Notes: generated by a model from the sequence alone, not told the origin. A stretch of DNA of 64,000 bases from Polyangiales bacterium (GCA_046351555.1 JAXLYI010000006.1:378284-442283), one strand, 5' to 3'. Counted from the stretch's first letter, positions 1-10,315 are shown. A program made the numbers and translations.

Positions 1-361
1 CGAGGGGACAGGTCGACACCCCCACGCGGCGCCCGTCGGGGTCGCGGAAGTACGTGGTGAACTGCGTCTCCCCGTCGAGCGCCACGCCCCGCGCCGCGAG
101 CCGTTCGCGCACCGCCGCGCGGCCCTCGTCGCTCACCGCGAAGGCCACCAGCTCGCGCGAACCCGCGGGGACGTCGGGCTCCTCGGGGGCGGCCTGCTCG
201 ATCATCACGACGGCGCCGCCCGCGCGGAGCCACGCGGAGTAGCCCGGCGTCTCGCGCGCCACGGGGAGCTGGAAGATGTCGGTGTAGAAGTCGACGAGGC
301 GGGGGAGGTCGCGCGTGCGGAGGGCCAGGTGATGAACCGCGAGGCCCTCCACACGCGCCAC
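1..361 (-). CDS. VOC/glyoxalase-family protein, 5' part only (gene runs past the window start)
   Basis: Minus-strand translation gives ...VEGLAVHHLALRTRDLPRLVDFYTDIFQLPVARE...GVALDGETQFTTYFRDPDGRRVGVSTCP, a typical glyoxalase/bleomycin-resistance fold, with high GC3. It is absent from the ORF track because it is truncated; GTG start candidates at 352 and 361. Confidence 0.5.
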   Translation of the reverse strand, partial: MARVEGLAVHHLALRTRDLPRLVDFYTDIFQLPVARETPGYSAWLRAGGAVVMIEQAAPEEPDVPAGSRELVAFAVSDEGRAAVRERLAARGVALDGETQFTTYFRDPDGRRVGVSTCPL

Positions 362-368
362 CAGCGGC

Positions 369-507
369 TCAGTGCAGGCCGTCGCAGTCCTCGCCGCAGA
401 AGCGGCAGGCGGGCTGCTGATCGAAGCGGGGGGCCCGCAGCGCGTCGCCACGGCGGCGATCGCTCACGCGGAGGTTCTGAACAACGGGCTTCTCGGTCTT
501 CTTCATC
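369..507 (-). CDS. small hypothetical protein (46 aa) with a C-terminal CxxC..C motif
   Basis: ATG at 505-507 preceded by GGAGG. Peptide MKKTEKPVVQNLRVSDRRRGDALRAPRFDQQPACRFCGEDCDGLH with high GC3. The stop abuts the start of the glyoxalase-like gene (possible co-transcription). Confidence 0.35.
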
Positions 508-641
508 GGCGAGGCCTCCTTCGACGTGTAGTCTGCACACGAAACCGCGCGCATCAAGAGCGAACGCGGTGCTTTCGAGGCGCCGGGATGTGCGCCGGCC
601 GCGCGCTTCACCCCTCGCGCGGCGCGGTGGGGTTGGGGTAG

Positions 642-1496
642 ATGCAGCGGGCGATGAGCATCCAGTGGTACCCCGGGCACATGGCGAAGGCGCGGCGCGA
701 GCTCGCCGACCTCCTCCCCTCGCAGGACGTGGTCATCGAGGTGCTCGACGCCCGCATGCCCTGGGCGAGCCGGAGCCCCGCGGTCGTCGAGCTGCGTCAC
801 GACAAGCCGTCGGTGAAGGTGCTGAGCAAGGCCGACCTCGCCGACGAGGCCGTCACCCGGCGCTGGCTGCGGTTCTTCGAGGAAGACCCCAACGTCGCCG
901 CGATCGCCACCACCCTCGCCACCGCGAACGAGACCCGCGCCCGCGTCCCCGCCCTCTGCGAGAAGGTCTCGAAGCGAACGCGCGGCGCCGACAAGGCCAC
1001 CCGCGCGGTGATCGTCGGCATCCCCAACGTCGGCAAGTCCACGCTCACCAACATTCTCATGGGCCGCAAGGTGGCCGCGGTCGGGGACGTCCCCGCGGTG
1101 ACGCGCGTCCGGCAGCAGGTGACGCTCCCGGGGGGGATGATCCTCTCTGACAACCCGGGGCTCCTCGCGCCGCGCATCGAGGACAACGCGGCCACGACCC
1201 GCCTCGCGCTCGGCGGCGCGATCCCCGACACCGCGCTCGACTACGGGAGCGTCGCCCTCTTCGCCGCGGGCTTCCTGCTCGAACGCTACCCCGGGCTCGC
1301 CGTCGCCCGGTACAAGCTCAAGGTGGTGCCACCGTCGCCGACGGCCCTCGTCGAGGAGGTGGGGCGCCGCCGCGGGTGCCTGCGCGCGGGCGGCGTGGTC
1401 GACACCAACAAGGCCGCGGCGATCCTCGTCCACGACTTCCGCTCGGGCGCGCTCGGCCGCATCAGCCTGGAAGCTCCGCGCGGCGAGTGGCCCTGA
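642..1496 (+). CDS. rbgA: ribosome biogenesis GTPase A (YlqF/RbgA family)
   Basis: WYPGHMAKA signature at the N-terminus; circularly permuted GTPase motifs (DARMP, KADL, GIPNVGKST). Confidence 0.85.
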   Translation: MQRAMSIQWYPGHMAKARRELADLLPSQDVVIEVLDARMPWASRSPAVVELRHDKPSVKVLSKADLADEAVTRRWLRFFEEDPNVAAIATTLATANETRARVPALCEKVSKRTRGADKATRAVIVGIPNVGKSTLTNILMGRKVAAVGDVPAVTRVRQQVTLPGGMILSDNPGLLAPRIEDNAATTRLALGGAIPDTALDYGSVALFAAGFLLERYPGLAVARYKLKVVPPSPTALVEEVGRRRGCLRAGGVVDTNKAAAILVHDFRSGALGRISLEAPRGEWP

Positions 1497-1563
1497 CGAA
1501 TCAGCCGTTCGCGCGCGCGCCGGGCGGTTGCCCGCGTCGGGAGAATGCGCGTAGGCTCGCGCC

Positions 1564-2991
1564 GTGATCCGCCTCCGCGCTGCCACGGTCGCCCTGGCGT
1601 TGTTTTTCGCCCCCGCGCTAGCGCTAGCCGACGACCCCGCGTGCGCGGCCGCGTCGTCGCGCTCGCGGCTGTCGTTCACGAAGCGCGGCGAGGTGGACTT
1701 CGGCCCGGGGTTCACGGGCGACGCGGGGAGCTCGACGCTCGGCATCCGGTACAACTTCCTGCTGCTCGGCGACTACGACTGGATCATGCCGGGCACGCTC
1801 AACGTCCGTTGGCCGCCGGTGCTCACCGCCAGCGCGACGGGCGACCCGATGGGGGGCAGGCTCACCGTGCAGTACGGTTTGCGGCTCCAGTTCTGGCTGC
1901 GGCTGTTCGGCGGGGAGTTCATGATCCCGGTGCCGATGTGGGCGGGGGTCGACCGGAGCGAGCGCGGGTCGTCGATGTTCACCCCGTGGGCGTGGGACCC
2001 GATGCCGACCGCGGTGACGGTGACCGCGCACGAGCGCCTGCTGCGCATGGACTACGTGAGCACGTCGGTCGGCGTGGTCAACTACGCCATCTACGGGAGC
2101 TACGAGCTCACCACCTCGGTGCGCACGCGCGAGATCTCCTTCCCCCAGGCGATGACCTCGATCACCGAGACGATGCCCGACGCGCGCCTCTCGGTCACCG
2201 CCAACGGCGACATGGACCTCCCCACCCGCTGGCTCGGCTCGCTGCGCTACGTCGGCGCGCTGCGCCTGCGCGTCGAGGTCGAGTACCCGGTGCCGGGCGT
2301 CGGGATCCGCCGGCGCGACACGATCTTCAACGAGCCGATCCCCTTCGCCAGCCGCTCCGAGCAGCAGATGAGCGTCGACCGCAACGTGCACCTCTCGATG
2401 CCCGGCGCGGAGGTGAACCCCGGCTTCGAACTCAACCTCGGCACGGTGCGCCTCGGGCTCTCGGGCCGCGAGGTGATCACGCTGCGCAACCCCGGCACCG
2501 CCACCGTGGCCTTCACCCCGGTGGCCCCGATGGACACGCACTTCCAGGTCGCCACCGACCCGCTCTGCGTCGTCGGCGGCGCGTCGCGGCAGCTCTCGGT
2601 CCGCTTCGTCCCCGACCGCCCGGGGCACTTCGAGAGCGAGCTCGTCCTGCGCACGACCGCCCCGTCGGCGCCCGAGGTCCGCGTCCGCCTCGTGGCCGAC
2701 GTGCCCGACACCAACCGCGACGGCGGCGTCACCCCGACGCTCGACGGCGGCGCGCGCGACGCGGCGATCCCGGCGGATGACGCGAGCGTGGAGGAGGACG
2801 TCCCGCCGACCGACAAGGACGCCTCGACGGGCCCGATGGACGCCGACGACGGCCTCGTCGAAAACGCCCCCGCGTGCAACTGCCGCGTGCCCGGCGGCGC
2901 CCCGCGCGCGTCGGGTCGCGGCGTCGTCGCGGGCCTCGCGCTGGCGGCGTTCGCGTTCGGGCGACGGCGGCGCGCTACCGACGCGCGCTGA
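1564..2991 (+). CDS. secreted protein with a C-terminal MYXO-CTERM sorting domain
   Basis: N-terminal signal peptide (ALALFFAPALALA). C-terminus ACNCRVPGG...GLALAAFAFGRRRR matches the MYXO-CTERM pattern (Cys pair, hydrophobic helix, Arg cluster). Confidence 0.7.
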   Translation: MIRLRAATVALALFFAPALALADDPACAAASSRSRLSFTKRGEVDFGPGFTGDAGSSTLGIRYNFLLLGDYDWIMPGTLNVRWPPVLTASATGDPMGGRLTVQYGLRLQFWLRLFGGEFMIPVPMWAGVDRSERGSSMFTPWAWDPMPTAVTVTAHERLLRMDYVSTSVGVVNYAIYGSYELTTSVRTREISFPQAMTSITETMPDARLSVTANGDMDLPTRWLGSLRYVGALRLRVEVEYPVPGVGIRRRDTIFNEPIPFASRSEQQMSVDRNVHLSMPGAEVNPGFELNLGTVRLGLSGREVITLRNPGTATVAFTPVAPMDTHFQVATDPLCVVGGASRQLSVRFVPDRPGHFESELVLRTTAPSAPEVRVRLVADVPDTNRDGGVTPTLDGGARDAAIPADDASVEEDVPPTDKDASTGPMDADDGLVENAPACNCRVPGGAPRASGRGVVAGLALAAFAFGRRRRATDAR

Positions 2992-4384
2992 CCCGGCGGC
3001 GACGACGGCACGAAGCCACCACCGCCGCGGCGAGCCCGAGGGCGCCGGCGTGGGTGTGTGCGTGAGCGCCGACCGCGGCGCAGCGGCAGCCGTCGGCGGG
3101 CGGCGGGGGGGTCACGGGCGCGTCGGGTGCGGCGTCGAGTGCGGCGTCCATCCCGGCGTCGCGTCGTGCGTCCGTCGCCACGTCGCGCGCGGCGTCGCGG
3201 CGGGTGACGTCGGCCGGCGCGCTCGCGTCGAGGGGGTCGGGGTTCTGGAGCATCCGCTGCATCATGGGCCAGCGCTCGACGCAGAACTCCGCGCCCTCCG
3301 AGCGGCGGTCGCACACGGGCGGGCCGAGGAAGTGTTCGAAGTCCCCGAAGCGGAGCATGGGCTCGAAGGTGGCGCCGTCGTCGCGCGAGCGGCCGAGCGC
3401 GAAGTCGTGGCTCACCCAGTCGGAGCAGGCCCAGAGCGCGCCCGCGTGCTGCCGCAGGCAGATCACGGGGAGCGTGTTGACGCGCCGGAAGGAGTCGCCG
3501 CCGTCGTCCGAGCGGAAGAGCCCCTCGGCGATGCTGCCGTACCACACCGTGCGGCCGTCGTCGGAGATGGCGAAGCCGAGCATCGGGTCGCCGGTGGACG
3601 CGACGCGCGTGAAGCTGCGGCCGCCGTCGCGCGAGCGCAGCAGGTCGGTGCGGAGGCCGGACGGGGCGCGGAGGAAGAGCGTGTCGGGGTCGCGCGGGTC
3701 GACGCCCGCGACCCACCAGGAGTCGGCGGGGCCCGGGGTGGTGGTGGCGAGGAGCGTGAGGTTCGTGCCGCCGTCGTCGGAGCGGTAGAGCTTCGGGAGG
3801 AAGGTGTTGGCGTCGGTCCCCGTGACGTAGAGGCGCATCGGGTCGGAGGGGGCGACCTCGATCGTGTCGAAGTTGACGTTGGTGACGCCGGTGCCGAGCC
3901 GTCGAAACTCCAGCGTCTCGCCGTCGCCGCGGTAGACGGCGTTGGGCACGCCCTGCCCGCTCTCGATGCCGAAGATCGCGTCGCCCCGCGGCGTGGCCGT
4001 CAGGTCGAAGAAGGTGTGCATCTGCGTGCCGCGCAGGTCGTCGGCCTTGCACGCGTCGTCGGTCGAGCGGACGCCGATCTCGTAGCCCCAGACCACGCTG
4101 CCGCGGGAGGCGACCTCGATGGGCGCGTCGAAGTTGGAGGCCGGGACGAAGGGGGCGAACATCCCCTCCTCGCACATCCAGCGCCACGTGCGCCCGCCGT
4201 CGCGGCTCAACACCAGCCCGAAGGTGACGCGCAGCGCGACCACGTCGCTCGCCGCGCCGGGGCCCACCACCACATGCTGCGCCGCGGGGAAGCGCCCGTT
4301 GGCGAGGGCGGGGACAGCGACGGCGAGCGCCGCGGCGAGCGCCGCGAGGGGGGTGAACCTCATGCGCCCGGGACTATTGAACAA
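2975..4384 (-). CDS. secreted BNR/Asp-box repeat (sialidase/Ycf48-like beta-propeller) protein with MYXO-CTERM
   Basis: Signal peptide; repeated SxDxGxTW/F Asp-box motifs (SRDGGRTW, SDDGGTN, SRDGGRSF, SDDGGDSF, SRDDGATF). C-terminal GCRCAAVGAHA...RRRRR MYXO-CTERM. Its 3' end overlaps the upstream gene by 17 bp (convergent). Confidence 0.75.
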   Translation of the reverse strand: MFNSPGRMRFTPLAALAAALAVAVPALANGRFPAAQHVVVGPGAASDVVALRVTFGLVLSRDGGRTWRWMCEEGMFAPFVPASNFDAPIEVASRGSVVWGYEIGVRSTDDACKADDLRGTQMHTFFDLTATPRGDAIFGIESGQGVPNAVYRGDGETLEFRRLGTGVTNVNFDTIEVAPSDPMRLYVTGTDANTFLPKLYRSDDGGTNLTLLATTTPGPADSWWVAGVDPRDPDTLFLRAPSGLRTDLLRSRDGGRSFTRVASTGDPMLGFAISDDGRTVWYGSIAEGLFRSDDGGDSFRRVNTLPVICLRQHAGALWACSDWVSHDFALGRSRDDGATFEPMLRFGDFEHFLGPPVCDRRSEGAEFCVERWPMMQRMLQNPDPLDASAPADVTRRDAARDVATDARRDAGMDAALDAAPDAPVTPPPPADGCRCAAVGAHAHTHAGALGLAAAVVASCRRRRRVSARR

Positions 4385-4437
4385 CCACCGCCGCGCGGCA
4401 ATGGCCGCGACGCCCCCGGCGGTGGTACGACCCTGTT

Positions 4438-5214
4438 GTGAGCGCGACGAACCTCTCCTACGAGTTGCACGGCGCGGGCCCCGACGTGGTGTTTCTCCAC
4501 AGCTTCCCGCTCGACCGGTCGATGTGGAAGGGGCAGCTCGTGGCGGCGGGCGCGGCGGGGCGGCGGGCTGTTCTCGTCGACCTGCCGGGCTTCGGCGCGT
4601 CGCCGCTCCCCGCGGGCGCGGCGCCCTCGCTCGACGCGATGGCCCACGCGGTGCTCGACACGCTCGACGCGGTGGGCGCGGCGCGCGCGACGCTGGTCGG
4701 CCTCTCGCTCGGCGGCTACGTCGCGCTCGCGGTGGCCGCGCTCGCGCCCGAGCGCGTGGAGGCCCTCGTCCTCGCCGACACCCGCGCCGCGTCCGACGAC
4801 CCGGCCACCCGCGCGGGCCGCATGCTCAACCTCGCCCTCGTGCGCGACCGCGGCGCCGGCGCGCTCGTCGACAAGATGCTCCCGAAGCTCCTCGCCCCCG
4901 ACGCGCCCGAGGCCCTCCGCGCGGAGGTTCGTGCGCTCGGGGCCGCCCAGTCGCGCGAGGCGGTCACCTTCGCGCTCCTCGCGATGCGCGACCGGCCCGA
5001 CCGCGGCGACGTCGCGGCCGCCCTCGACGTCCCGGCGCTGGTGCTGGCGGGCTCGCGCGACGAGATCACGCCGCCGAAGGAGATGCGCGCGCTGGCGGCC
5101 TCGATGCGGCGCGCCCGCTTCGAGGAGCTGGAGGGCGCCGGGCACCTGTCGTCGCTCGAGCGCCCCGCAGCCTTCAACGCGGCGCTGGAGGGCTTCCTGC
5201 GGGGCGGGCGCTGA
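4438..5214 (+). CDS. alpha/beta hydrolase (enol-lactonase-like)
   Basis: VVFLHSFPLD...GxSxG-type nucleophile elbow (GLSLGG); fold-typical length. Confidence 0.85.
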   Translation: MSATNLSYELHGAGPDVVFLHSFPLDRSMWKGQLVAAGAAGRRAVLVDLPGFGASPLPAGAAPSLDAMAHAVLDTLDAVGAARATLVGLSLGGYVALAVAALAPERVEALVLADTRAASDDPATRAGRMLNLALVRDRGAGALVDKMLPKLLAPDAPEALRAEVRALGAAQSREAVTFALLAMRDRPDRGDVAAALDVPALVLAGSRDEITPPKEMRALAASMRRARFEELEGAGHLSSLERPAAFNAALEGFLRGGR

Positions 5215-5524
5215 CGGCCTTGCGCGCGCGCTCGAGGCGCTCGATGCGGGCGTCGATGCGGTCGAGGTGGACGGACGAGAAGCGGTGGTGGAGGACGCGC
5301 CCCACCGCGAGCAGGGTGCCGAGCGCGACGATCAGCTCGGTGCGCTCGGGCGCGCCGAGGAGCGAGCGGGCGACGTAGCCGACGCCGTAGCCCGCGGCGA
5401 AGAGGGCGATGGCGATGGGGAAGAGGGCCTCGTACCGGTGGAGGTCCCACCAGGTGACGCGGTCGAGGATGCGCTGGCGCTCGCGGCGGGCCTCGGCCAG
5501 CTCGTCGTCGTCGGGTGCGGTCAT
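5174..5524 (-). CDS. small hypothetical membrane protein
   Basis: 116-aa ORF with two predicted TM helices (LFPIAIALFAAGYGVGYV; LIVALGTLLAVG), high GC3, directly downstream of the amidotransferase gene. No clear RBS. Confidence 0.35.
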   Translation of the reverse strand: MTAPDDDELAEARRERQRILDRVTWWDLHRYEALFPIAIALFAAGYGVGYVARSLLGAPERTELIVALGTLLAVGRVLHHRFSSVHLDRIDARIERLERARKAVSARPAGSPPAPR

Positions 5525-5539
5525 TGCGGGGCGGCGACT

Positions 5540-6370
5540 CTACCGTGTTGCGGCGCGGAGGTGGCGGGGCGTCGGCCGGCGCACGGGCGTGCCGCTCGGG
5601 AGCGTCGCGCGCAGGGCTCCGCGGCGGAAGACCAGGAGCGTCGCGGGGTCGGCCGGCGTCCACGACTCGTTGCGGGTGAGCGGCGCGGTGGCGACGACGG
5701 CGACGCGGTCGCGGGGCGTGGTGACCGCGGAGAAGTCGACCGTCACCTCGTCGTCGGCGAGGGTCGCCTGGCCGAAGGGGGGCTGGCGGACGATGTGGCA
5801 GAGCCGCGTGTCGCAGCGCGCGAAGAGGTGGTCGCCGTTGCCGAGGATGAAGTTGAACGTCCCCTTGCGCGCGATGCGCCCGGCCTCGTGGGCCACGGCC
5901 TCCCAGAGCGCCTCGGGCCGCGCGGGCTCGTCGCGGAAGGACGCGCGCAGCGACTCGAGGAGGACGCAGAAGGCGTGCTCGCTGTCGGTGGCGCCCACCG
6001 GGCGGAAGCGCCCGAGCCGCAGCGACGCGGCGTCGCGCACGGTGCCGTTGTGGGCGAAGACCCAGTGGCGGCCCCAGAGCTCGCGCATGAAGGGGTGCGT
6101 GTTGGCGAGGCGCGCGCGCCCGCGGGTCTTCTTGCGGATGTGCGCGACGGCCTGGAGCGTCTTGATCGGCGTGCGGCGGAAGAAGTCCGCGAGCGGCGAG
6201 CGGGCGCACGCCCCGGGGTCGAGGAAGAGCCGCGCCGCCCGCCCCTCGAAGAAGGCCAGGCCCCAGCCGTCGCCGTGCGGCCCCGTCGCGCCGCCGCGCT
6301 GGGAGAAGCCCGTAAAGGAAAACACCAGGTCGGTCGGCGTCCGGCAGTCCATGCCGAGCAGTTCGCACAT
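5540..6370 (-). CDS. class II glutamine amidotransferase (YafJ-type)
   Basis: N-terminal MCELLGM with a catalytic Cys2, as in Ntn-type GATase class II (YafJ family). Confidence 0.8.
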   Translation of the reverse strand: MCELLGMDCRTPTDLVFSFTGFSQRGGATGPHGDGWGLAFFEGRAARLFLDPGACARSPLADFFRRTPIKTLQAVAHIRKKTRGRARLANTHPFMRELWGRHWVFAHNGTVRDAASLRLGRFRPVGATDSEHAFCVLLESLRASFRDEPARPEALWEAVAHEAGRIARKGTFNFILGNGDHLFARCDTRLCHIVRQPPFGQATLADDEVTVDFSAVTTPRDRVAVVATAPLTRNESWTPADPATLLVFRRGALRATLPSGTPVRRPTPRHLRAATR

Positions 6371-6535
6371 GAGAAGTTCTGGGCGCGATCCTACGCCGAA
6401 ACCCTTGCGGCGCAGCCCTCGGGTGACAGAACGCGGGAAGTTGCGCGGCCTTCCGGGGCCGGGGTATGTTCGTCACCTGCGAAAGCCGTGCGGGGTTGTC
6501 CCGCGTCGGTGACGCCGACGCCCAGGAAGCTTTTG

Positions 6536-6916
6536 ATGTCGTCCACGGAGAGCCCCCGATCGCTGCGCCCCACGGCCCGCCCCTCGTCGCGGCCGGTGGG
6601 GCACGAGTTCGTCTCCGCGATGCGGCGGCTGTGGGTGACGCACGACCCGCTCCGCTTCGTGGGCGACGGGGCCGAGACGCTCGACGTCTACGACCACCAG
6701 GCCTACGTCACCGCGCTCTGCGCCGACGAGATCGGCTCGGCGGCGGACGCCGAGAAGGTGATCGCGACGATCCTCCGCCACGAGTTCGGCATCCGCTCGC
6801 CCATCTGGTCCGACCCCGAGTTCGCGCCGCGGCTCCAGCGCCTCGCCGAGGACGTCGCCGCCGTCGTCGCGCGCCGCCCGGCCCGCGCGATCACGCAGCC
6901 CTACGCCGCGCGCTAG
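6536..6916 (+). CDS. hypothetical protein
   Basis: 126-aa ORF with very high GC3. Its TAG stop lies inside the 27-bp direct repeat (see the palindromic element). Confidence 0.45.
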   Translation: MSSTESPRSLRPTARPSSRPVGHEFVSAMRRLWVTHDPLRFVGDGAETLDVYDHQAYVTALCADEIGSAADAEKVIATILRHEFGIRSPIWSDPEFAPRLQRLAEDVAAVVARRPARAITQPYAAR

Positions 6917-6937
6917 ACCGTCGCCGCGTCGGGCTCG
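6911..6937. repeat. 27-bp direct repeat, copy 1 (CGCTAGACCGTCGCCGCGTCGGGCTCG)
   Basis: Identical 27-mer found again at 7585-7611. Carries the stop of the upstream + gene (TAG). Confidence 0.9.
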
Positions 6938-7584
6938 TTCGTGAATGCGCCCTGGTCTCGCCTCATGGCGTCGAGGGCCCTCTCCCCCTCGCGGCCTCCA
7001 TCCCCCGCTCGCCGAGCCCACGAGATGCGCAACGCCTCGCACGGAAATGCTTGCGCGCTCGATGTTTCGAGAAGGTGGAGCATCTGGTTCATCTGCTCGC
7101 GGCCCCGAGTGCCCAGGGTTCGCCCGCCCGCCCTCACTGAACGGGTTAGGCTCACCCTGGGCAACCGGCATGGGATCATCCGCCTGGTGGCGGATTCAGG
7201 CTGCGTGGCTGCGTGGCTGCGAGGCTGCGTGGCTACGTGGCTGCGAGGCTGCGTGGCTCGTTGTTTGTCGCTCGCAGCTCGTCGCCTGAATCCGCCACCA
7301 GGCGGATGATCCCATGCCGGTTGCCCAGGGTGAGCCTAACCCGTTCAGTGAGGGCAGGCGGGCGAACCCTGGGCACTCGGGGCCGCGAGCAGATGAACCA
7401 GATGCTCCTACTTCCGCGATCTCCAGGTCGACAAGCACTTCCGCGCGAGGCTCGGCGAGCGGGGATGGACGCGCGAGGTGACCCCTGACGGCCCTGCGTC
7501 GAGAAATGTGTCCGGCGCAATGCCCGGTACGGGAGAGGGGGACGGAGGGAGAGGGCGCTTCGTGAACGAGCGCGGGGCGCCGCC
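6938..7584. mobile_element. ~650-bp palindromic, non-coding (MITE-like?) element between convergent genes
   Basis: Near-perfect inverted-repeat arms 7078-7201 and 7284-7409 (~124 bp). Central loop of GCGTGGCT/GCGAGGCT octamer tandem repeats (7202-7283). Outer flanks are also partly mirror-symmetric (e.g. CATCCCCCGCTCGCCGAGCC at both ends). The whole block is bracketed by the 27-bp direct repeat. ORFs 6941-7309(+), 6945-7289(+), 7196-7438(-) and 7233-7520(-) are mirror images of one another and judged spurious. Confidence 0.6.
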
Positions 7585-7611
7585 CGCTAGACCGTCGCCG
7601 CGTCGGGCTCG
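7585..7611. repeat. 27-bp direct repeat, copy 2
   Basis: Identical to 6911-6937. Encodes the last residues of RecA (EPDAATV*) on the minus strand. Confidence 0.9.
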
Positions 7612-8648
7612 GCCGACGTCGCCGCGGGGGCCTTCGCCGTCGGGGCCGCGAGGCGCACGGCCTCCCGCAGCTTCGCCAGCAGCGCGGCGTTGCCCGCGAG
7701 CGCCTCGCGGCAGCGCTCGCGCCCGTTGCCGAGGTGCGCGCCGCCGAAGGAGAGGTGCGCGCCCGAGCGGTCGACCACGCCCCGCTCGACGCCGACGTCG
7801 AGCGCCTCGCCCACCGCGTCGATGCCCGTGCCGTAGCGGACGTCGAACTCCGCCTCGCGGAAGGGCGGCGCGAGCTTGTTCTTCACCACCTTCACCCGCG
7901 TGCGGCTGCCCTGCACCTCGTCGCCCGACTTGAGCGAGCCCACCCGCCGCACGTCGAGCCGCACCGAGGCGTAGAACTTCAGCGCGTTGCCCCCGGTGGT
8001 GGTCTCCGGGTTGCCGAACATCACCCCGATCTTCATCCGGAGCTGGTTGATGAAGAGGATGCACGCGCCGCCCCGGTGCGCCGCCGCGGTGAGCTTGCGC
8101 AGCGCCTGCGACATCAGCCGCGCCTGGAGCCCGACGTGGCTGTCGCCCATGTCGCCCTCGAGCTCCGCCTTCGGCACCAGCGCCGCCACCGAGTCGATCA
8201 CGATCAGGTCGACCGCGCCCGACCGCACGAGCGCGTCGGCCACCTCCAGCGCCTGCTCGCCGGTGTCGGGCTGCGAGATGAGGAGCTGCGCGAGGTCGAC
8301 GCCGAGGCCCTTCGCGTAGGCCGTGTCGAGCGCGTGCTCGGCGTCGATGAAGGCCGCCACGCCGCCCCCGCGCTGCACCTCCGCGATCGCGTGGAGCGCC
8401 AGCGTGGTCTTGCCCGACGACTCGGGCCCGTACACCTCCACGATGCGCCCGCGGGGGTAGCCCCCGACGCCGAGCGCCGCGTCGAGCGCGATCGAGCCCG
8501 ACGGGATCACCGCCGCCGCCTCGCGCGCCCCCTCGTCGCCCAGCGTCATCACCGTCCCCTTGCCGAACTGCTTCTCCAGCGCCGCCACCGCACCGCGCAC
8601 CGCGCGAAACCGATCCGTCGTGCTCGAAACCGCCGTCGTCGTGTTCAT
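7587..8648 (-). CDS. recA: recombinase RecA
   Basis: ALEKQFGKG, Walker [10 protein letters not shown], and the L2 loop of RecA. 353 aa from the ATG at 8646-8648; the longer ORF upstream of that Met has an Ala/Pro/Arg-rich, non-RecA extension. Confidence 0.9.
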   Translation of the reverse strand: MNTTTAVSSTTDRFRAVRGAVAALEKQFGKGTVMTLGDEGAREAAAVIPSGSIALDAALGVGGYPRGRIVEVYGPESSGKTTLALHAIAEVQRGGGVAAFIDAEHALDTAYAKGLGVDLAQLLISQPDTGEQALEVADALVRSGAVDLIVIDSVAALVPKAELEGDMGDSHVGLQARLMSQALRKLTAAAHRGGACILFINQLRMKIGVMFGNPETTTGGNALKFYASVRLDVRRVGSLKSGDEVQGSRTRVKVVKNKLAPPFREAEFDVRYGTGIDAVGEALDVGVERGVVDRSGAHLSFGGAHLGNGRERCREALAGNAALLAKLREAVRLAAPTAKAPAATSAEPDAATV

Positions 8649-8771
8649 GTTCTCTCGTGTCCTTCCGGGTTGGGCGGGGAGCGCCACCGCGGCGCCGCCC
8701 GCACGAGTCCCGACAAAGCGACGGCCGTGCCGCGCGCGGGAGTGGCTTGATTCAAGGCGTTTCGAAGGCGC

Positions 8772-8842
8772 GGGGGTGGCGGCCGAGGGGTGGCGGCGGG
8801 GTGGCGAGGGGGTGGCGGCGGGGTGGCGGGGTGGCGGGTCGC
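8772..8842. repeat. G-rich tandem repeat (GGGGTGGCGG)x~7 in the recA / sigma54-regulator divergent intergenic region
   Basis: Direct reading: gggggtggcggccgaggggtggcggcggggtggcgagggggtggcggcggggtggcggggtggcggg. Confidence 0.8.
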
Positions 8843-8893
8843 GCGCAGTGGGTGCAGCGCGGCCGCGCTCCGGGATATGCTCGCGCCGGCTTA

Positions 8894-10293
<1,400 letters not shown>

Positions 10294-10315
10294 CCGCGCT
10301 ACACTCTCCCCCGCC

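Noticed and set aside
369-1754. 461-aa ORF antisense to rbgA
   Set aside because: Low-complexity Arg/Ala/Gly-rich translation opposite a clearly recognisable RbgA gene. This is the typical high-GC antisense artefact.
2247-4187. 646-aa Arg/Pro-rich ORF overlapping both MYXO-CTERM genes
   Set aside because: Off-frame and antisense to two genes that have clear signal peptides and domain motifs. The composition is non-proteinaceous.
4931-6916. 661-aa + ORF spanning the antisense of yafJ
   Set aside because: Only the last ~126 codons (from the ATG at 6536) are outside the antisense region. The upstream part is Arg/Ala nonsense opposite a recognisable amidotransferase.
6941-7520. ORFs 6941-7309(+), 6945-7289(+), 7196-7438(-), 7233-7520(-) inside the palindromic element
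   Set aside because: They are reverse-complement mirror images of one another (SIWFICSRPRVPRVRPPALTERVRLTLGNRHGIIRLVADSG and GASGSSARGPECPGFAR read from both arms). They are a consequence of the inverted repeat, not independent genes.
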